NCBI RefSeq assembly: GCF_009914755.1
Contig: NC_060937.1
Length of the DNA stretch: 64,000 bases
Reading direction: 5' to 3' (one strand)
Source of the DNA: the human T2T-CHM13v2.0 reference genome, Homo sapiens
The translations under genes were made by a program, and so were the position numbers. The first letter of the stretch is position 1, and each line of letters starts with the position of its first letter. The notes beneath the pieces were generated by a model. It worked only from the letters and a program-made list of their open reading frames with translations, had not been told where the DNA came from and searched no databases. This document shows positions 54,736 to 64,000 of this stretch, piece after piece.

Positions 54736-57451
54736 TCATAGCTGGTATTGATGACTACCTTCTTCCACTACCCATTCTGGATTCCCTTTGCTTTCAGCAA
54801 GCACCTCAGCAGGTCTTGGTTTTTTTCCTGGTGGAGTGACCCAAACCTTCATTTTTGAAGGGTCTGGGCCATTTGTAGTCCTGCCTGGATTGGGCTGTTG
54901 TAGTTTCCCATTGACCTTAATCACAGGGCATGGCAATACTAACAGACACCCTAATGGATCTGCTGTATTCTATGCATACTCTTCCTTGCCTCCATTGTAA
55001 ACTAGTAGACTGATTTCATCTTGCTAGTCTGGGTCAATCACCCCAGCCAACACTGTAACTCCTTCTTAGCCTGTTGACTTAAAGGTAGGAGGAGTCCAAA
55101 GTGTCCAGGTGGCAATCTTAACTTCCAGTTTAATGGAATCATTATGCCTCCCAGTGGTAGCGTTCCTCCCTCTGGAACTAAAACTTCTAGGCCAGCAGAA
55201 CATAATGTCACAGGAATAGGAAGCAAAAATTTTGCTAGTGGATCACTAGGGGTGATGGTGAGTGGTGCCACTTCCACTTCCACCCCTTGATTTTTGGACC
55301 TGTGAATCCTGGCTGTGAGAGCAACAGTACCATATATTGGACGCTGATTCAGAGCATACACAGCCTTCTGGAGAACTTTGCCCCAGCCCTGCAAAGTATT
55401 GTCACCTAGTTGGTGTTGTAATTGTGACTTCAAAAGGCCATTCCACAAAAGGCAGCAGTTCTATCAATCCAGCTGCTTCAGGATGATGGAGAACATGGTA
55501 AGACCAGTGATTTCCATAAGCATGAGCCCATTGCCACACCTGTTTTGGCTATGAAGTGAGTTCCTTGGTCAGAAGCAATGCTATGTGGAATACCATGGTG
55601 GCGGATAAGGCATGCTGTGAGTCCATGGATGGTAGTCTTGGCAAAAGCATAGAGTGCAGGATAGGCAGACCTATATCTGGAGTAGGTGTCTATTCTAGTG
55701 AGGACAAATCTTTGCCTTTTCCATGATGCAAGAGGTCCAATATAATCCACTTGCCACCAGGTAGCTGGCTGATCACCCGAGGAATGGTGCCATATCAAGG
55801 TCCCAGTGTTGGTCTCTGCTACTGGCGAATTGGGCACTCAACAGTGGCTGTAGCCAGGTCAGCCTTGGTGAGTGGAAGTCCATGTTGATGATCCCATGTG
55901 TAACCTCCATCCCTGCCACCATGGTGACTTTGTTCGTGGGCCCATTGGGCAATGACGGGTTGGCTGGGGAAAGAGGCTGAGTGATGTCCACAGAACGAGT
56001 CATCCTATCCACTTGATTATTAAAATCCTCCTCTGCTGAGGTCACCCGTTGGTGAACACTCACAAGAGATACAAATATCTTCACAGTTTTTGACTACTCA
56101 GAGAGGTCCATCCACATACCTCTTCCCCAAATTTCTTTGTCATCAATTTTCCAATTATGCTTCTTCCAAGTCCCTGACCATCCAGCCAAACCATTGGCTG
56201 CAGCACATGAATCAATATATAATCACACATCTGGCCATTTCTCCTTCCATGCAAAGTGCACAACCAGGTGCGCTGCTCGAAGTTCTGCCCACTTGGAAGA
56301 TTCCCTTCACTGTTGTCCTTCAGGGATGTCCTAGAAAGGGGCTGTAGTGCTGCAGCTGTCCACTTTTAGGTGGTGCTTGCATATCATGCAGAACCATCTG
56401 TGAACCAGGTCCTAGTCTTCTCCTCCTCTGTCAACTGATCATAGGGAACTCCCCATGAGGCCATCGGTGCAGGCTGGGGGAGAGAAGGCAAGGTGGCAGT
56501 AGTGGAGACCATAAGCATTCGAGTCACTTCCTCATGTAACTTACTTGCACCTTCAGGACCTGCTCGAGCCCGATCATGTATATGCCACTTCCATTTGATG
56601 ATGGAATGCTGCTGTGCATGACCCACTTTATGGCTAGATGGTTCAGAAAGCACTCAGTTCATGATAGGCGGTTCAGGTCTCATGGTGACTTGATGACCCA
56701 TAGTCAAACGTTCAGTCTCCACCAAAGCCCAGTAACAGGCCAAGAGCTGTCTCTCAAAAGGAGAGCTGTTATCTGCAGAAGATGGCAGGGTCTTGTTCCA
56801 AAATCCTAGAGGCTTCTGCTGTGATTCACCTATGGGGGCCTGCCAGAGGCTCCAAACAGCATCCCTATCTGCCACTGACACCTCAAGCACCATTGGATCT
56901 GCTGGGTCATATGGCCCAAGTGGCAGGGCTGTTTGCACAGCAGCCTGGACCTGTTGCAGAGCCTTCTTCTGTTCTGGACCCCACTCAAAACTGGCAGCCT
57001 TTTGGGTCACTCAGTAAATGGGCTGGAATAACACAGTCAAATGAAGAATATGTTGCCTCCAAAGTCCAAATAGGCCCACTAGGCATTGTGCCTCTTTCTT
57101 GGTTGTAGGAGGGCCAAATGCAGCAACTCATCCTTCACCTTAAAAGGAATACCTCAGCAGGCCTCTTGCCACTGGACCCCTAGAAATTTTACTGAAGTAG
57201 AAGTTCCCTGAATTTTAGTCAGATTTATTTCCCATCCTCTAGCATGCAAATGTCTCACCAATAAGTCCAGTGTGTTTGCTACTTCTAGCTCACTGGATCC
57301 AATCAGCATAATGTCATCAATGTAATGGACCAGTGTGATATCTTGCAGAAGCAAAAGGTGATCCAGGTCTCTTAGAATAAGATTATGACACAAAGTTGAT
57401 ATACCCCTGAGGTAGGACAGTAAAGGTATATTACTGACCTTGGAAGCTCCA
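54736..57451 (-). pseudogene. HERV-L pol (partial RT, RNase H, integrase) plus dUTPase, disrupted
   Basis: ORF pieces: [10 protein letters not shown] (RT YxDD), FEWGPEQKKAL and WFTDGSA (connection/RNase H), WWQVDYIGPL and IASDQGTHF (integrase core), WNGLLK, and LRLPPGHFGLLLPLSQQAKK (dUTPase downstream of IN, as in ERV-L); many frameshifts; no env. Confidence 0.93.
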
Positions 57452-57842
57452 GGCAACATCTCTCACAGATACACCCACACTTTGTATCCTTCATTCTTAC
57501 CAAGTTGACACTCAGAATTAACCATCACAATTTGTTAAGCACAGGAAAAGAATTGAAAAACATATTCCTAAGATACATATCTTTTTTTTCAACATAGGTG
57601 TTCTTCAGCACTACACAATTAGCATATTCCTACATCATCTATACAGCAACTCGTATATCTCCACTGATTTAATTTCCTTATCTGTCCTAATTACTTACTT
57701 GATTGTTCAAATATACACACTTATACAAAATTCAAACATAAAGAAGTAGATGACCACACAATATGTCCTATTCACTGCTCCTTAAAGACAAGTGGGGTTC
57801 ATATATTTTCCAAATATATACCCGAGAACAATATCACCAGGG

Positions 57843-58056
57843 GAGCAAGAAGTAGCAAACACACTGGACTTATTGGTTGAGACATTTGCATGCTAGAGGA
57901 TGGGAAATAAATCTGACTAAAATTCAGGGAACTTCTATCTCAGTAAAATTTCTAGGGGTCCAGTGGCAAGGGGCCTGTTGAGATACTCCTTTTAAGGTGA
58001 AGGATGAGTTGCTGCATTTGGCCCTCCTACAACCAAGAAAGAGGCACAATGCCTAG
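57843..58056 (+). repeat. Inverted duplicate of HERV-L RT segment 57079-57291
   Basis: Reverse-complement alignment by eye gives about 8 differences in 214 bp. Confidence 0.95.
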
Positions 58057-58598
58057 CATGCTGACTTGTTTACCAGGGGCTGCCAGGGATAGCTGACTAA
58101 ATGACTATTCTACTCAGAGGCTTGACTAAAAGGGAAGATGAAATATAAAGTGATAGCCAAAAAAAAAGAAAACACTTGAGTGCATGTTGAGGCTTTTCGA
58201 AGAATATTATTTGTCTTGTTTTTCATTAAGATAGTAAAGGTTTGAAAATCTTTACCAGGCTGAGGAGAAAATCCAGTAGAAGTAAGATAATTATGAGAAT
58301 GGAGCCTAATGGGGGTAATGTCTCCAGTAGATGAAGTGGAAAGTGATTTATCTGACATTTGGCTTATGGAAAATTTAATTCACAAAATATCAAGTACAGA
58401 GGGATTTTGAAAATCATTAAATCTCCTCTCATTGGGCAAATTTTTAAAAATACAGCCCATATAGTTAAATGGCTTTTCCAGATTCAATCCTTTGACTCCA
58501 ATTTTAATTGTGAATCTCAACTCAAATGTTGATTGAGGTTGTGAGGAAATTTATAGAGCTACTTCTTCCTGGAAACTCTCCGGATAGGGCCTGCAAGC

Positions 58599-58798
58599 AG
58601 AAAAGAAAGAAGAAAGGCAAGGAGGGAAGGAGGGAGAGAGGGAGAGAAAGAAAGAAGGAAGGAAGGAAGGAAGGAAGGAATGAAGGAAGGAAGGGAGGAA
58701 GGGAGGGAGGGAGGGATGGAGGGAGGGAGGGGAGGGGAGGGGAGGGGAGGGAGAGAGAAGAAAGAAGAAAGAAAGAAAAAGAAAGAAAGAAAGAGAAA
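58599..58798. repeat. Polypurine compound microsatellite (GGAA/GGGA/GGGGA/GAAA)
   Basis: About 200 nt almost entirely A/G, including (GGAA)6 at 58657-58680. Confidence 0.95.
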
Positions 58799-58877
58799 TC
58801 CTTTAACTTGCATTAAATTTCAATTTCTTCTTATCCAGTTCTCTCATGACCTCCTGACATGTTGGATAAATTAATGA

Positions 58878-59547
<670 letters not shown>

Positions 59548-60379
59548 AATATCATATGCTTTTCACACATAACTTCATTCAATTTTCAAAACAGTATTAA
59601 TATATTTCTGCATTATCAATGTAGAACTGGGATTCAAAGAAGATACTAAAATTTTCTAAGTTCGCACAGCTTAGAGTTGGAGTTAAGATTTGGAACCAAG
59701 TTTTGAACTCCTGCTATAGATCAACTTCCCTTATCCTCAATATTTTACTGTAGGTGCTAACTTATCCTTAACATTGTAAGGGACATATCTAATATTTTAA
59801 AGAAATTAATTCATCGTTACATTTGAAAAATAAGAACTTTTCTAATTATCAAATAATCGGTAAGGTTTTGGGATACTCAAATAAGATATGGCCAGCATTA
59901 TGCTAGATTCTAGTAGCTAGGCACTGAAAACAACCAGCAAAAATATAAGATATATTTTCTGTCCTTAGGAGTGTATTGCATAATTATAAAAATTGATCCA
60001 GAACATACAACAGCAAAATATATGTAGTCTTTTGTTAAATAGCATCTCTACCAGGGTTAAGAAGGCAGGTAGCCCTGTGGACTAGATATGTTATGGCCAA
60101 TTTACTGAAGATGGGCCTTGAAGATGAATAGGATTGAGAGAAATGGAGAATAATAGTAAGAAAAGCGTAACCTTCAAGGGTGGGAAACCATCTAAAGTGG
60201 GCCTAATAAAGATGTACCAGCAGAAGAGTGGGAATAGACTGGTTTAACCAGATTGAGTGTACATACGCTAGCAAGTGTTGAGAAATAGGACTGGATGAGG
60301 CCTGGCCATGGAGGGTCTTGAAAACTGAACAGATACTAAGTGTCAAGTTCATGCTCCAAATTCTACAGTCTTGGCACTC

Positions 60380-60545
60380 TTTTTTAATTTTTTGAGACAA
60401 CGGTCTTGCTGTGTTGCCCAGGCTGGAGTGCAGTGGCTATTCAGAGGTGCAATTGTGTTGCACTGCAGCCTCAACTTCCTGGCCTCAAGCAATCCTCCTT
60501 ACTCAAGAGTAGCTAGGACTACAGGTGCATGCCATTGTGCTGGGC
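60380..60545 (-). mobile_element. FAM (fossil Alu monomer)
   Basis: Monomer with the 7SL-derived segment cagtggctattcagaggtgc; near-TSD ttggcactct / ttgtactct. Confidence 0.8.
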
Positions 60546-60677
60546 TTTTGTACTCTTGATATGCCTCCTTTAAGGAAGCTGCACTGGATAGGTACTTATT
60601 ATTAAATACTTATTTCCCATGTTATAACCTTTGAGTCATAAAAAATTATCTTCCAAATATCTATCTCTCCATAATCT

Positions 60678-61790
60678 CTGGGCTGATCCAGGTTTCATGG
60701 GCAGATCCAGATTTTATGGGGCCTGAAGCTATATAATATAATTTATGGGCCCCTTTTTAAGAAGATGAATATAAAATTATAAAATAAAAATCAGTTATGA
60801 AAGTAGATATTTAGAATTTTTAAAAATTCTAAATATTTATTTAGAATATTTATTATTTAGAATTTTAAAAAATACCAATTACAAATTTTTTTAAGATCAC
60901 AAATACCTCAAATGTCACAAAATCCAGAAAAGCAACATATGATCTTTATTAATCATCTAGCTGACCCACTTCTGCCACACATTTTTCCTATACTTTTGGG
61001 CTACATGCTCTTTGATGGCCTTTTCATATGACAATAATTTTGTAATATTTTCTGTAGCAACATCAGGAAGATAATTCAACCAATCCTTCTATAAGGTTGA
61101 CTTAGAAAAAAAATTATTATTGATATTTTTGGAAAGATTTTAGTTTCATAACCTCATATTAATATTATTTAATATTTAGGTTTGTGTCAATTTTGGAAAA
61201 TTTCAAATTTCTGTCTTATATGAACTGTAGGATTAGAGGCATTTCAAGTTTTCTTGAGTAGTGGCTTAACTGGGGACATGTTTAGTGATAAGCTATGGAC
61301 TTCGTGTTATTCTAACTAGCACAGTAGGCAGTAGCGGTGTTCCTACACTAGCACAGCTAGCAGTAACTCAACTACTATGGAAGTAACCACAAACCATAAC
61401 ATCATATCCCCAATTTGACTTCCCCTTAGTCTGGCCCCCAAAATGCCACTGCCATCAGTGTTACATACTTGACAGGGGATGATGGGTGGAAAAGGACAGC
61501 CAGTCGGGATTGAAATATACTTTTGCAAATTTCACAAGCCTTAGAAGTATGGTGTTATGGCTTGCAGTTATTTCAATGTGCAGTTAAGTTATTGCTAGTG
61601 GTCATGGTTTAGGAACACCCCTTCTTCCAATGTGCTAGTTCACCTAGAGTAATGACATCATGACATATATGGCTATCATTTATGTGTCCCCAATTAAATG
61701 AATCATTACCAAAGAAAAGTTCAAATGCCCTCTAATGGCTTGCTAAGGCGTCTCACAAAGTTGGGTAAGGCCGGAACTTAAGATCCATTA
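60678..61790. mobile_element. hAT-Tip100 DNA transposon relic, Zaphod/MER115-like
   Basis: ggcagatccagattttatggggcctgaagctat...gggccccttttaagaagatgaatataaaatta resembles the recalled Zaphod/MER115 end; the right boundary is uncertain. Confidence 0.55.
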
Positions 61791-62329
61791 GTGGCATTTA
61801 AAATAAATCATTCTCTGGATCTTACTATAAGAGTAGAATCTATAAATCACTCAGTCAAACCATTCAGAAAGTCATACCTCTTGATGGCTCTGCATTCACT
61901 CTGTTTGTGGCAGCTGAAATAAAGGAAGACAAACAATGTACATTTTTATGTATTTCTCTTATAAAATGTTCTTTAACTTAATTCATGGTGGGAATTTTAT
62001 TTTTTATTTTCTAAATTTGTTACTTCAGCTAAAATCAGTGTTTATTTTTTCATTTTTAATTTCCTTTATTATATCATAGAAACAGAGAACAAGTGGTAAA
62101 AACAGTGTTGCATTAATTCACAGAAGCAATCAGGAAGAGACAAAGCTCAACAAACGAATTGAACCTTAAGGGGGAGAAAGCTTTGTTACACCCAATGAAG
62201 CTAAGCTTTGGGGGAAGTTAATACTTCTTCAACAGCTGTACTAAGAACATTAAAAATACTTTTGCCAGGGAAGGGTATCAACATTTTAATCTACCTTACA
62301 CAGATAAAAAGGAAAACACATAGCAAGGA

Positions 62330-62720
62330 GGAGGTGGAGCAGGTTTTCACAGAGCCCAGACGGTAGAAACAAAACGTCCTTTGTTTGGAGAATATTGCAC
62401 CTGCATTAAATTTACTGCTGACATCTCTTCGTAGAAATTTGATTTTTCTCTCATTCCCCCTCCTTTTATTGTTTTCAACACTGAGGAATGTGAGGCATGC
62501 CAGTTGTCCTTGTCGCTGCAACGTCTCTGTCTTCAGCTGTGAAAGAGAACAGGGCTTCCTCACCTTGCTTGCCATCAGCCCGTCATCTCCGCAATGCACC
62601 TGCACCGTAATACTACACTCTACCTTGCAGAGCTTCATACTTCTGTGACAGACGCCAGAGATCAATTTCCTGCCGATCTGGGCCTCTGAGTCTAGGCCCT
62701 GTTCTGACAAGGAAGGCCTC
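62330..62720. promoter_or_regulatory. Candidate enhancer (TEAD tandem, SOX/TCF, MAF, E-boxes)
   Basis: Repeat-free, about 10 CpG in 320 bp, dense motif cluster; motif evidence only. Confidence 0.4.
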
Positions 62721-63270
62721 TTTCAAATAATCCTAACCGCTAAGAGCAATGCAAATACAGTCACAGAACCATTAGCAGAGCTGTAATATCATAAAAGAAG
62801 GAACCATGGCCATAGGCACAGTGGTTGTGAGAATTTCTTTTTTGGGGGGACAGGGGGAAGAGGTATTCATAATCTCAGTGTCAATATAATGAGTTGACTG
62901 ACATTTTACATGTTTTCTAAAAATTCCACATTGTTGCCAAAGGAGAGACTGTGAGTGTAACGGACAGCACATATTATGAATTTTGTTCAGAAGTTATTTT
63001 ACCTATGAAAGTTTTCTATTTTACAGATTCGTTCAGCTTTGATACTCATGTTTAGGCCCTTGAAACTTTTTCAGAGTCATTATAAAGGCAGACTCTATCT
63101 CATCTTTGTATAGTGTGTTCACCTGTATAATTGCACCTGTAATTCAGCCTGGCAGTTACTTATTTATTGAGCTATCACCTCGTCTCCTACATCATGAGTC
63201 CCCTTGGACAGAGTTGGGCTGTATTCCCTATCCTGCATCTCCATCTCTGCAAATCCCTACTATATGTTTG

Positions 63271-63274
<4 letters not shown>

Positions 63275-63310
<36 letters not shown>

Positions 63311-63327
63311 CGCACATACGTGCGCAT
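63275..63327. repeat. (TG)14(CG)5 compound dinucleotide repeat
   Basis: Unbroken purine/pyrimidine alternation for 53 bp. Confidence 0.95.
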
Positions 63328-63332
63328 TTTGG

Positions 63333-63966
<634 letters not shown>

Positions 63967-64000
63967 TTAATTTTTTTTTTTTTTTAATGCACTGGTGGGT

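Larger units (their letters stand above)
53916..57529 (-). mobile_element. HERV-L provirus with MLT2A LTRs, internally deleted
   Basis: Complete 3' LTR 53916-54393, adjacent PPT, pol and dUTPase remnants, a 78-bp remnant of the 5' LTR (57452-57529), and a perfect TSD atttg at 53911-53915 and 57530-57534. Confidence 0.95.

Noticed and set aside
54736-57459. Functional retroviral pol
   Set aside because: Split by many stops and frameshifts; no gag, PBS or intact 5' LTR.
58526-58874. R/K/E/G-rich and P/S/L/F-rich ORFs
   Set aside because: Translations of the polypurine microsatellite.
62291-62710. 139-aa minus-strand ORF as a gene
   Set aside because: Non-ATG start, no recognisable homology, no supporting exon chain.

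Overview
AT-rich primate (probably human or great ape) intergenic or deep-intronic DNA. I could not support any protein-coding exon or identify the locus. Much of the window is transposon-derived: about 12 Alu/FAM copies, a full-length dead Tigger1 (6328-8726), L1 3' ends, many L2/MIR relics, solo MaLR LTRs (THE1/MST/MLT1), two degenerate MLT1 proviruses, hAT MITEs (MER5, MER20, a Zaphod/MER115-like element) and a minus-strand HERV-L/MLT2A provirus (53916-57529). That provirus keeps its ATTTG target-site duplication but has lost most of its 5' LTR, gag, pro and the start of RT. The most unusual features are: (i) a 214-bp, about 96% identical inverted copy of this provirus's own RT segment just outside it; (ii) a compact double hairpin (A-B-B'-C-C'-A') at 1213-1405 with mirrored AP-1 sites; (iii) repeat-free, CpG-retaining motif clusters that look like enhancers (40744-41150, 62330-62720); (iv) several non-B DNA elements; and (v) a probably coincidental 22-nt match to the start of HIV-1 protease. 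Repeat subfamily calls come from recalled consensus sequences, not a database search.
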